Source of the DNA: Bacillales bacterium UBA7029
GTDB taxonomy: Bacteria > Bacillota_I > Bacilli_A > RFN20 > CAG-826
Direction: 5' to 3'
Assembly (NCBI GenBank): GCA_002494205.1
Contig: DLBE01000043.1
Coordinates: 15,893 to 79,892, forward strand
DNA: 64,000 nt
The translations under genes were made by a program, and so were the position numbers. The notes under the pieces were generated by a model. It searched no databases. It saw nothing but the letters and a program-made list of their open reading frames with translations, and had not been told where the DNA came from. Below, piece after piece: positions 8,967 to 18,040 of the stretch; position 1 is the first letter of the stretch; each line of letters opens with the position of its first letter.

Positions 8967-9724
8967 TTGTAAGGCCAGCCCTTTAAACCAACATCACACA
9001 GTATTGCGGAATAGCCACTTGAACCATTTGCAATGTAGTTGTTCCACTTTAATATAAAGTGTGTAGCAGTTGGTTGAGTTATATAAATCTGTTTAACATA
9101 AGGTGAATTATTATTTGGGATATTTGATTTTGTTATTTCAATGTTTTGAGTCTCAAGTAAAGTTGAATTTGAATCATAACTTTCTAATTTAAATTGCGGT
9201 TGATTTGCTGTCGCACTATAACTACTTGATGTATGACTACTAAACCAGAATGTGAATCTACATTCAATTTTTGTCCAAGAATTAAATAAAGGCGAAATTA
9301 TTTGGCAGTTTTTAACAAATTCAACTCCTGAATATGAACTATTTTCAGATGGGTTTTGCCATAGACGTCCATTTGGATTTTTTGATGATCCATAATAGAA
9401 AGTCCAATAATCGTTATAAACAGGTTCATTTCCTTCATGAAACGAAAAATTCTCCCAATTTTCCAGCGAAAATGGGGTATTTTCAGTTTCGTCGGTATCA
9501 TCTACTTGGGTGTTGGAACCAGTGTTATCGTCGTTTGTATTTGTATTAGAACCAGTATTGTCGTCTGTTGTAGTGCTGTGGTTTTCTTGATTGTCATCAC
9601 TTTCTTCTTTTTCATTTACTTGAGTTTGGTCAGTGTTTTCTTTTTTAAGGCCAACCATTGAAAGAAGATCGCATGATGAGAGAGCGAATACAGATAGAAT
9701 CAATAACAAACTTTTTCTATGCAT
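8963..9724 (-). CDS. lipoprotein, hypothetical (acidic repetitive linker plus aromatic-rich domain)
   Basis: MHRKSLLLILSVFALSSC lipobox; a D/N/T-rich linker with 11-aa tandem repeats DDNTGSNT; C-terminal W/Y/F-rich domain. Confidence 0.6.
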   Translation of the reverse strand: MHRKSLLLILSVFALSSCDLLSMVGLKKENTDQTQVNEKEESDDNQENHSTTTDDNTGSNTNTNDDNTGSNTQVDDTDETENTPFSLENWENFSFHEGNEPVYNDYWTFYYGSSKNPNGRLWQNPSENSSYSGVEFVKNCQIISPLFNSWTKIECRFTFWFSSHTSSSYSATANQPQFKLESYDSNSTLLETQNIEITKSNIPNNNSPYVKQIYITQPTATHFILKWNNYIANGSSGYSAILCDVGLKGWPYN

Positions 9725-9843
9725 GCTTTAATTTTACCAAATTTTTGCGAGTTTGTTCAGTAATTTGTAATATGCAAGTTCTGCACTTTTTCTTTACATT
9801 TTAATTAAATAATATACTATGTATACATGAGTGAGGTGAAATT

Positions 9844-11037
9844 ATGACATTAAAAGAAACTCGCAAAAATTGCAAATTAACCCAAGAAGAAGCAGCAAAA
9901 GTTGTTGGAACTTCTTTAAGAACATATGTTACATATGAAAAAGATGAATCTAAAGCTGATCATTTAAAACTAACTAGAATGATTGAAATTTTAAATGAGT
10001 ACGCAGCAAAAGATACATCAATTTTAAAAGATAAAGTTTTATTAATAACTGGAGGTACTGGTTCTTTTGGCCACGCCGTTGTTGATAGATTCTTAAATAC
10101 TGATATTAAAGAAATAAGAATATTATCGCGCGATGAAAAGAAACAAGATGATATGCGAAAAGCATATAATAACGAAAAACTTAAATTCTATATTGGCGAT
10201 GTCCGTAATCTAAGCAGTATCATTGATGCTTTCAAGGGAGTTGATTATGTTTTTAGCGCTGCTGCATTAAAACAAGTTCCTTCATGTGAATTTTTTCCAA
10301 TGGAAGCAGTTAGAACTAATGTAATTGGTTCAGATAATGTCATTACCGCTTGTGTACAAAACCATGTAAAGAAAGCTATTTTCTTATCTACAGATAAAGC
10401 CGCTTATCCAATTAACGCAATGGGTATTTCAAAAGCACTTATGGAGAAGAATGTTATTGCTCGTTCAAGACAACTTCTTAAAGATGACACCGTGCTTTGT
10501 TTAACTCGTTATGGAAACGTTATGGCTTCTAGAGGTTCTGTTATTCCTCTATTCTTACAACAAATTCATGATGGAAAGCCTATAACTATTACAAATCCAG
10601 AAATGACTAGATTTATGATGACTCTTGATGACGCAGTCGATTTAGTTTTATACGCATTTGAACATGGTGAACAAGGTGACTTATTTGTCCAAAAGGCACC
10701 AGCTGCTACAATTGAAACATTAGCTAAAGCAGTTATAAATTTGACAAAGTCAAAAACTGGTATTTCTTATATCGGAACCCGTCATGGAGAAAAACTGTAC
10801 GAAACACTAGTTACTCAAGAAGAAATGCTTCGCGCTGAAGATATGGGAAATTTCTTTAGGGTTGCTGCCGATAATAGAAATCTTAACTATGATAAATATT
10901 TCACTAAAGGTAATAAGAAGTTAAACCTTGGTGAATCTTATACTTCACACAACACAGGCAGACTCGATGTTGCTGGAATGGAAAAACTTTTAAAGAAGTT
11001 AGAATTATTTGGTGGACCGGTTAGACAACATGAATAA
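9844..11037 (+). CDS. UDP-GlcNAc 4,6-dehydratase/5-epimerase (CapE/FnlA-like) with N-terminal XRE-type HTH extension
   Basis: Strong SD GAGGTGA 5 nt before ATG 9844. Residues 1-45 read KLTQEEAAKVVGTSLRTYVTYEKDESK (HTH_3-like). The rest, KVLLITGGTGSFGHAVVDRFLNTDIKEIRILSRDEKKQDDMRKAYNNEKLKFYIGDVRN..., matches CapE/FnlA. Confidence 0.8.
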   Translation: MTLKETRKNCKLTQEEAAKVVGTSLRTYVTYEKDESKADHLKLTRMIEILNEYAAKDTSILKDKVLLITGGTGSFGHAVVDRFLNTDIKEIRILSRDEKKQDDMRKAYNNEKLKFYIGDVRNLSSIIDAFKGVDYVFSAAALKQVPSCEFFPMEAVRTNVIGSDNVITACVQNHVKKAIFLSTDKAAYPINAMGISKALMEKNVIARSRQLLKDDTVLCLTRYGNVMASRGSVIPLFLQQIHDGKPITITNPEMTRFMMTLDDAVDLVLYAFEHGEQGDLFVQKAPAATIETLAKAVINLTKSKTGISYIGTRHGEKLYETLVTQEEMLRAEDMGNFFRVAADNRNLNYDKYFTKGNKKLNLGESYTSHNTGRLDVAGMEKLLKKLELFGGPVRQHE

Positions 11038-12133
11038 AATCCTTGTTACAGGTGCAAATGGTTTTATTGGAAAACACATGACCAAAGCTTTAAAAAAAGC
11101 AGGCTATGAAGTTTTTGAGTACGATTTAGATAAAACCGAAGACGATTTAAAAGCCTATATTAAGGAAGCAGATTTTGTTATCCATTTAGCAGGAATTAAT
11201 AGACCTTTAACTACTGAAGAGTTTTATAATGGAAATACAAATTTTACTAAAAAACTAGTGGATTTCCTGAAAATTTCTGGGAAAAACATCCCTATTTTGA
11301 TGTCTAGTTCTACTCAAGCTGCTCTTGATAACGACTATGGAAAATCAAAAAAAATGGGGGAGGATTATTTATTTGAATCAAACCTTCCTGTATATGTTTT
11401 TAGACTAGCCAATGTGTTCGGAAAATGGTGCAGACCAAATTACAATAGTGCTGCTGCAACATTTATGTACAACATTGCTCATGATCTTCCAATTGAGATA
11501 AGAGACCCAAATTATATTGTTCATTATAATTACATTTCTGATATAATTGATACATTTATAAAATGTATAAGTGGACATATTAAACCCTCTAAAACTATTT
11601 TGTCAGTTGTTCCAATTTATGATTGTTCGCTTGGAAATTTAGCCTCAACATTAAAGCGCTTTAAAAACTCTGTGGAGAGTGATGAACATTTGCCTGATAT
11701 CAACTCAGATTTCGAATATAAATTATTCATTTCCTTTTTAGATTATTTAAAAGATGATGCGTATAGTTATAACTTTGCAGAAGATCAAAGAGGATCGTTT
11801 GAAGAAGTGTATAAAAATGCAAAATATGGACAAATTTCCATAAATAAATCATTTCCAGGCATTGTAAAAGGTGGGCATTATCACACTTACAAAAATGAAA
11901 TTTTCATGACTGTTCAAGGTCATTGTGTTACTCGCTTAAGAAAAATAGATTCTAAAGAGATTTTAGTTTTTGACCAACATGAACATAAATCTGTGAAAGT
12001 GAAGATTAGTCCAAATTATACACACGACATTAAAAACGTTGGTAATAAAGAATCTGCCACTCTAATGTGGATTTCGGAAGTGTATTCAGATAAGACACCC
12101 GACACGTTTAGAGAAAATGTAGATATTGAATAG
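11030..12133 (+). CDS. CapF/FnlB-like bifunctional reductase/epimerase (N-terminal SDR plus C-terminal cupin)
   Basis: MNKILVTGANGFIGKH Rossmann motif; C-terminal GGHYH cupin motif. 8-nt overlap with the upstream gene. Confidence 0.8.
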   Translation: MNKILVTGANGFIGKHMTKALKKAGYEVFEYDLDKTEDDLKAYIKEADFVIHLAGINRPLTTEEFYNGNTNFTKKLVDFLKISGKNIPILMSSSTQAALDNDYGKSKKMGEDYLFESNLPVYVFRLANVFGKWCRPNYNSAAATFMYNIAHDLPIEIRDPNYIVHYNYISDIIDTFIKCISGHIKPSKTILSVVPIYDCSLGNLASTLKRFKNSVESDEHLPDINSDFEYKLFISFLDYLKDDAYSYNFAEDQRGSFEEVYKNAKYGQISINKSFPGIVKGGHYHTYKNEIFMTVQGHCVTRLRKIDSKEILVFDQHEHKSVKVKISPNYTHDIKNVGNKESATLMWISEVYSDKTPDTFRENVDIE

Positions 12134-12155
12134 GACGTCATCTCGACGTCTTTTT
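12134..12155 (+). terminator. intrinsic terminator between the capF-like and capG-like genes
   Basis: gacgtc-atctc-gacgtc hairpin followed by ttttt; a TATAAT box follows at 12168-12173. Confidence 0.55.
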
Positions 12156-12213
12156 CTTTGCTAGTGCTATAATATTACTTGCTATTATCGCAATTTTGTC
12201 GTATTATTTTGAC

Positions 12214-13539
12214 ATGGAAAAGTTATTAGAATTAAGAAAAAAAATTGGCTTAACGCAAGTTGAAGCCGCAAAAAAACTTGGAGTTTCATTAAGAACATAT
12301 CAAAGATATGAGAATGATGGAACCACAAATGAAAAGCTCTGCAATAAGTTAAAAGATGGCGAATGTGTCAAATTTGTGACAAATGAATTTTTAGGATTTA
12401 AAAATGACGGCAGAATTAAGTTATTAATAATTGTTGGAACACGCCCAGAAATTATTAGGTTAGCCGCCGTCATTAATAAATGCCGCAAATATTTTGACAC
12501 CGTTTTATGCCATACTGGGCAAAACTATGATTACAATCTTAACGGAGTTTTCTTCAAAGATTTAAAAATAAACGATCCTGATGTTTACCTAAATGCAGTT
12601 GGTGCTGACCTTGGTCAAACAATGGGAAACATAATCGCTAAATCATATGAACTTATGGCTGAAATTAAACCAGACGCTGTTCTTGTTTTAGGAGATACAA
12701 ACTCTTGTTTATCAGTCATAGGCGCAAAGCGCCTTCATATTCCCATTTTCCATATGGAAGCTGGAAATAGATGCAAGGATGAATGTCTTCCTGAAGAAAC
12801 AAATAGAAGAATTGTCGACATAATCTCTGATGTCAATTTAGCGTACAGCGAACATGCGAGAAGATACCTCGCCGATTGTGGACTTCCTAAAGAAAGAACA
12901 TATGTAACAGGTTCTCCAATGGCTGAAGTTTTAACTGAAAATCTTAAGGAAATCGAATCAAGTGATATACTTAAAAAACTAAATCTTCAAAAAGGAAAAT
13001 ACATACTTCTTTCTGCTCATAGAGAAGAAAATATTGATACTGAAAAGAACTTCAATTCTTTGTTTAACGCCATTAACTCTATGGCAAAGAAATACGATAT
13101 GCCAATTTTATATTCATGCCATCCTAGAAGTAGAAAAAAACTTCAATCAAGCGGTTTTAAACTCGATCCAAGAGTTGTGATGCATGAACCTTTAGGTTTC
13201 CATGATTATAATAATCTACAAATGAACGCTTTTTGTGTTGTCTCTGATTCAGGAACTTTACCTGAAGAGTCAAGTTTTTATGCTTCAATTAAAAAACCAA
13301 TTGCAGCAGTTTGTATAAGAACATCAACTGAAAGACCAGAGGCTTTAGATGAAGCATGTTTCGTTTTAGCTGGAATTGATGAGAAAAATTTATTACAGGC
13401 TGTTGAAGTTGCAATTAACAATAAAGAAGGCTGTAAACCTGTTGATAATTATGTTGATACAAATGTATCTGATAAAGTTGTAAAACTGATCCAGTCTTAC
13501 GTTGGTGTTGTTAATAAAATGGTGTGGCGAAAAGAATAA
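12214..13539 (+). CDS. UDP-GlcNAc 2-epimerase (CapG/FnlC/WecB-like) with N-terminal XRE-type HTH extension
   Basis: MEKLLELRKKIGLTQVEAAKKLGVSLRTYQRYENDG is HTH_3-like. It is followed by KLLIIVGTRPEIIRLAAV...HMEAGNR...HREEN, the non-hydrolysing 2-epimerase motifs. ATG 12214 is preferred; the track start was TTG at 12196. Confidence 0.8.
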   Translation: MEKLLELRKKIGLTQVEAAKKLGVSLRTYQRYENDGTTNEKLCNKLKDGECVKFVTNEFLGFKNDGRIKLLIIVGTRPEIIRLAAVINKCRKYFDTVLCHTGQNYDYNLNGVFFKDLKINDPDVYLNAVGADLGQTMGNIIAKSYELMAEIKPDAVLVLGDTNSCLSVIGAKRLHIPIFHMEAGNRCKDECLPEETNRRIVDIISDVNLAYSEHARRYLADCGLPKERTYVTGSPMAEVLTENLKEIESSDILKKLNLQKGKYILLSAHREENIDTEKNFNSLFNAINSMAKKYDMPILYSCHPRSRKKLQSSGFKLDPRVVMHEPLGFHDYNNLQMNAFCVVSDSGTLPEESSFYASIKKPIAAVCIRTSTERPEALDEACFVLAGIDEKNLLQAVEVAINNKEGCKPVDNYVDTNVSDKVVKLIQSYVGVVNKMVWRKE

Positions 13540-13603
13540 TATTCTTTGCTTATATACCTAATATGCTTTACAATTATATTCGCTTTGGAGCAACAATTGT
13601 AAA

Positions 13604-15853
13604 ATGAAAGAAAATCAAGCTGTTCAAGATATTCATTCAAAAAAGAAGAAAAAGAGTCGATTTATTACTCTAATTTTAGTTATATTATTAAACCTCGGAA
13701 TCGTTGGTTTTATTGTAGGTAGAGAATTAACTGCAAACGGTGGTGTTGGTAAGAATAAACTTCAAATTTCTAGCATGCACCCTTGGTTCACTGTTTCAGC
13801 TATTGTTGTCTTTGGTCTTGCTCTTTTCGCTGAATATATGAAGTATCGAAGGATGCTTCTTTCAGGTGCAGGAAGACTCGATCGAAGAGGCGCTTTCCAA
13901 GTTGCTACCTATGGTAAATATGCCGATAATATCACACCTTTAGGTGCAGGAGGTCAACCTTTCCAAATCCACTTCTTGCATAAAAGAGGTTACCCTGGGG
14001 GAGTTTCTACAAGTGTTACAATGAATGGTTTCTTGTCACAACAAGTTGCATTCATTATTATTGCTATTTTAGTCTTAATAATTTCGCCATATACGACAGA
14101 AATTCCTGAATCAGTTTTAGCACTTCGAATCATGGCATACATTGGTTTGGCGTTCTATTCATTTTTCCCGCTTCTTATTGTAGCTTTCGCTCTTTTTCCA
14201 AAACCAATAACTGCCTTAATCATGGCCTTTTTAAAGCTCGGGCATAAAATGCACATAGTCAAAGACTATGAGTCCGCTCATGATAGAGTTTTTGAAGGTA
14301 TAATGGAATATACCGACTTAATCAAACAAGCCATTAGAAGACCAACATTTTTGATTCCAACAATGTTTTGGTCTTTTGTTTATCAAATGTCAATTTTATC
14401 GATTCCTTTCTTCTGCATTAGAGCATTCGGAGGTGAAGGAGATTGGTGGACTATTTTCGCTATAACAGTAAACATTTATCTTGCTATTACCATTATTCCA
14501 ACTCCTGGTAATTCTGGTGTTGCTGAAGGATCATTCTATTTAGTTTTCTCCGCTCTTCCATCAGGCGCATTATTCTGGGCCATGATTTTCTGGAGAGCGT
14601 TAGTATACTATTCTTGGATAGTAATTGGACTTGTGGTTGTTTTACGAACTGCTGTTAAAAATACTTATATGCATAAAAAGGAAGTCCCAGCGGGGCGTCC
14701 ACTTAACATATGCCTAGCATGTGATGCATTTTTCCCTGTAATTGATGGTGTTATTCGAACCATGGATCAATACGCTAGAGAGATGGTTAAAATGGGTCAT
14801 CGTGTCGTAGTTGTTGCGCCAAATCTTAAAGGTGCTGATGATGAAAAACTTCCATATGAAGTATATCGACTACCACAGTTTAAAGTTCCTGGTATCCCGT
14901 TTGAATCAGTGAAACCTTTTATGTCTAGAAAGGTTAAAAAACACCTGGATTCTTATAATTTTGATGTTATTCATATTCACTCACCTATGATCTTAGGAAA
15001 GATGATGCAACGATATGCTAGAAGAAGAAAAATACCTGTTTTTACAACATTCCATTCTAAATATTATGACGACACACTTCACCTAACTCATAGCAAATTG
15101 CTCGCTTCAATTATGGTGAAATATATTCTCCATTTCTATCACCGCGTTGATAGTGTTTGGGCTTGCAGTGCGTCTACTGGCGAAACACTTAGGTCATATG
15201 GATACAACGGCCATATTGGTGTTATGGAAAATGGTGTTGAAAATATGCCAGAAGGAAATATTGAAGAATATAAGAAAGAAGCAATTGCAAACTATAATAT
15301 CCCAACAAACAAAAAGCTTTTCTTATTTGTCGGTCAACAAATTTGGCATAAAAATCTAAAACTTGTTTTAGATACAACCAAAGCTTTATGTGACGAAGAT
15401 GATAGTTATCACACAATTATTGTTGGTGTTGGCTACGATGCAGAAGCAATTAAAAAGTATGCTGAAGAAATAGGTGTAAGTGACAAAGTCACTTTCGTTG
15501 GCAAAATTAGAAGTAGAAAAGCTTTATTTGGTTTATATGAATTATGCGACCTTTTCTTCTTCCCGTCTTTATATGATAATGCCCCATTAGTTGTTAGAGA
15601 GGCTGCTTTGGCATCTTTACCTTCACTACTAGTTAAAGGTTCGACTGCTGCTGAAATTGTTGTTGACGATCAAAATGGTTATTTAGCAGAAAATAATGTT
15701 GAATCAATGTCGCAAAGAATTAAAGAAGCTTTTGCTTCTGGAAGAATGAAAGAAGTTGGAAAGAAAGCCTCAGAAACAATCCCAATTCCTTGGAAAAATA
15801 TTGTTGAACAAGTAATTGACAGATACATTTCTGAATCAAAACATCCTGAATAA
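13604..15853 (+). CDS. fusion of a flippase-like TM domain (LPG-synthase_TM family) and a GT4 glycosyltransferase
   Basis: 749 aa. The N-terminal ~350 aa are polytopic with PTPGNSGVAEGSF, typical of the MprF-type flippase domain. The C-terminal part has the GT4 Rossmann fold with the EX7E motif (PSLYDNAPLVVREAALASLPSLL). Confidence 0.7.
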   Translation: MKENQAVQDIHSKKKKKSRFITLILVILLNLGIVGFIVGRELTANGGVGKNKLQISSMHPWFTVSAIVVFGLALFAEYMKYRRMLLSGAGRLDRRGAFQVATYGKYADNITPLGAGGQPFQIHFLHKRGYPGGVSTSVTMNGFLSQQVAFIIIAILVLIISPYTTEIPESVLALRIMAYIGLAFYSFFPLLIVAFALFPKPITALIMAFLKLGHKMHIVKDYESAHDRVFEGIMEYTDLIKQAIRRPTFLIPTMFWSFVYQMSILSIPFFCIRAFGGEGDWWTIFAITVNIYLAITIIPTPGNSGVAEGSFYLVFSALPSGALFWAMIFWRALVYYSWIVIGLVVVLRTAVKNTYMHKKEVPAGRPLNICLACDAFFPVIDGVIRTMDQYAREMVKMGHRVVVVAPNLKGADDEKLPYEVYRLPQFKVPGIPFESVKPFMSRKVKKHLDSYNFDVIHIHSPMILGKMMQRYARRRKIPVFTTFHSKYYDDTLHLTHSKLLASIMVKYILHFYHRVDSVWACSASTGETLRSYGYNGHIGVMENGVENMPEGNIEEYKKEAIANYNIPTNKKLFLFVGQQIWHKNLKLVLDTTKALCDEDDSYHTIIVGVGYDAEAIKKYAEEIGVSDKVTFVGKIRSRKALFGLYELCDLFFFPSLYDNAPLVVREAALASLPSLLVKGSTAAEIVVDDQNGYLAENNVESMSQRIKEAFASGRMKEVGKKASETIPIPWKNIVEQVIDRYISESKHPE

Positions 15854-15855
15854 AT

Positions 15856-17229
15856 ATGGAACTTTTATATAAAGTAAAAGATAGACCAAGTTTTGGAAGA
15901 CTCGTAGTCTTTGCATTTCAACAATTATTATCTATTCTTGCTGGGACAATTACTCTTCCTTTGATTGTTGGAAACGGGATGAGTCAATCAGCCGCTCTTT
16001 TGGGTGCTTCAATTGGAACATTAATATATTTATTAATAACAAAATTTAAAAGCCCTGTATTTTTAGGCTCTTCATTTACATTTTTAGGTTCAATGTCTGC
16101 TGCCTTTGCTGGTGCTGCAGCAATTTCTATTGGTTATTTAGGTTTATTAATAGGCGCCGTTTTAGCAGGTCTTGTTTATGTTGTTTTATCAATCATAGTT
16201 CATTTTACCGGAACAAAATGGGTTAACAAATTAATGCCTCCGGTAATCATTGGCCCTACAGTTGCAATTATTGCTTTAACATTATCTCCAAACGCAATTA
16301 AAAACCTAACATTAGGAAATGTTTTAGATAGTAGCGGCGCAAGTGTTGCAAATCCTTATATCTGTATGTTTTGTGGTTTATTTGGATTAATTGTCGCAGT
16401 TGTTTGTGCAAGTTATGGCAAAAAGATGATTAAGCTCATTCCATTTATGATTGGTATTTTAAGTGGATACTTAGTTGCTTTAATTTTTACTCTTATTGGA
16501 AATGCTACTAATACACCAGCTCTTCAAATAATTAGTTTTAAACCATTTGAGAATATAAAATGGATTCCGGATTTGACCTTCTTAAAAGCTATAGAAGGTG
16601 CAAAATCTTTTAAAAATTCCCAGGAATTCTGGCGTTATTTTGGTTTAATTGTTGCTAGTTACGTTCCTGTCGCGTTCGCTGTTTTTGCTGAACATATTGC
16701 AGATCATAAAAACATTTCTCATATTATTGAAAATGATTTACTGGAAGACCCTGGTCTTTCAAGAACATTAATGGGAGATGGAGTTGGTTCTATGATTGGC
16801 GCGACATTTGGTGGTTGTCCAAATACAACATATGGAGAATCAATTTCTTGTTTAGCATTTTCGAAAAACGCATCTGTAATAACAATTGTTGCAACAGCGA
16901 TAATTGGTATTGTTGTTTCCTTCTTCGGCCCATTAATGACATTTTTCTCAACAATACCTAGCTGTGTTGTTGGTGGTATTTCAATTTGTTTGTATGGCTT
17001 TATTGCAATTAGTGGTTTCCAAATGCTTCAAAAAGTTGATTTAAGAGCTCAAAAAAACATATTTGTTATTGCTACAATTTTTGTAACAGGCATTGGTGGG
17101 CTAACACTCCAATTTAAATATTTCGAATTTTCACCAGTTGCAACTGCTTTAATTGCGGGTTTATTGATGAATATGTTAGTTAATATCAAAATTCGCAAGA
17201 AAAAACCTGATATTGAAATAGAAGAATAA
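15856..17229 (+). CDS. NCS2-family nucleobase (uracil/xanthine) permease
   Basis: 457 aa, polytopic; FAFQQLLSILAGTITLPLIVG resembles the NCS2 QHxLAM...VP signature. Confidence 0.75.
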   Translation: MELLYKVKDRPSFGRLVVFAFQQLLSILAGTITLPLIVGNGMSQSAALLGASIGTLIYLLITKFKSPVFLGSSFTFLGSMSAAFAGAAAISIGYLGLLIGAVLAGLVYVVLSIIVHFTGTKWVNKLMPPVIIGPTVAIIALTLSPNAIKNLTLGNVLDSSGASVANPYICMFCGLFGLIVAVVCASYGKKMIKLIPFMIGILSGYLVALIFTLIGNATNTPALQIISFKPFENIKWIPDLTFLKAIEGAKSFKNSQEFWRYFGLIVASYVPVAFAVFAEHIADHKNISHIIENDLLEDPGLSRTLMGDGVGSMIGATFGGCPNTTYGESISCLAFSKNASVITIVATAIIGIVVSFFGPLMTFFSTIPSCVVGGISICLYGFIAISGFQMLQKVDLRAQKNIFVIATIFVTGIGGLTLQFKYFEFSPVATALIAGLLMNMLVNIKIRKKKPDIEIEE

Positions 17230-17247
17230 GACACTTAGTAGTGTCTT

Positions 17248-17814
17248 TTATTTATAATATTTATCTGCCCCACCATAAGTTGAGATAATTTTATTTTCTT
17301 TCGTTTTCTTAATGAAATTGTTTAATCTTTTTTTGAATTCTTCAGGTCGATCTTTTGTGTCGTCAATGTAACTTATTCTTATTCTTTTATATGACTCAGT
17401 GAACGAATTGAAGTTTTCCCAAGTTTGAGGATCTTTTTTAAGCTTGTTGATTATCCTTTTTGGGAATACGTAGGGCTTATTTATTATTTCTTTGATTTTC
17501 TCTTCAACTTTTGGGTGAATCATATTTTGACTCTCTAAATAGATTAGACGTTCGATATTTAGTCTTGAATATGTAGAGTTTTTTCTCCTTGGAGTAAAAC
17601 GTCTTAATTGGTGGGTTTTATCTAAAGTATTTGCAACACCGTCAATCCAACCGAAGCAAAGTGCCTCTTCAACTGCATCATTATATGAAACGCCTATTTC
17701 TTTAGATGAAACTGTTGGGAAAACAAACCAAACTTCTTTTTCACTCTCAAAATTTTTGCTTAGCCACTCTCTCCACTCGTTTCTAGTTTTAAAATAGACA
17801 ATATTTTTATTCAT
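17248..17814 (-). CDS. YdeI/OmpD-associated family protein (DUF1801-like)
   Basis: FKTRNEWREWLSKNFESEKEVWFVF...YNDAVEEALCFGWIDG...RRFTPRRKNSTYSRLNIERL matches the YdeI family. Confidence 0.65.
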   Translation of the reverse strand: MNKNIVYFKTRNEWREWLSKNFESEKEVWFVFPTVSSKEIGVSYNDAVEEALCFGWIDGVANTLDKTHQLRRFTPRRKNSTYSRLNIERLIYLESQNMIHPKVEEKIKEIINKPYVFPKRIINKLKKDPQTWENFNSFTESYKRIRISYIDDTKDRPEEFKKRLNNFIKKTKENKIISTYGGADKYYK

Positions 17815-17912
17815 GAAAAAATGATAGCAAAATTATTAAGAAATGTAGCAAATAATGCAAAAAAAGAAAAAACACGCACCTTTTCGTACGTGTCTTTACA
17901 ATCGATGATGTC

Positions 17913-17957
17913 TCCAATTGTCGATGAATGAATAAATTTCAAAGTCCAATTGTCGAT
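17913..17957. repeat. perfect 13-bp direct repeat TCCAATTGTCGAT x2 (32 bp apart) in a divergent intergenic region
   Basis: Copies at 17913-17925 and 17945-17957, each containing palindromic CAATTG and ATCGAT; possible operator sites. Confidence 0.5.
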
Positions 17958-18040
17958 AAACATACAACTACGACTAAAATAGCATTGCACTGTTGTTTTG
18001 GTCGAAAATATGTTGTATTATATGATTGAGGTTGAATCAT

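Noticed and set aside
9437-9661. CRISPR-like or direct-repeat array in the 9500-9570 region
   Set aside because: There are only two to three imperfect 33-nt copies, in frame inside a coding sequence and encoding a peptide repeat. There are no spacers and no cas genes.
9844-9978. Possibility that the N-terminal HTH segments of the capE-like and capG-like genes are separate small genes
   Set aside because: No stop codon separates the HTH from the enzyme domain in either gene. No internal ATG with an RBS precedes the enzyme domain: MIEIL at 9979 has no SD, and there is no Met at all before the epimerase domain of the capG-like gene. They are kept as fusions, flagged as a finding.
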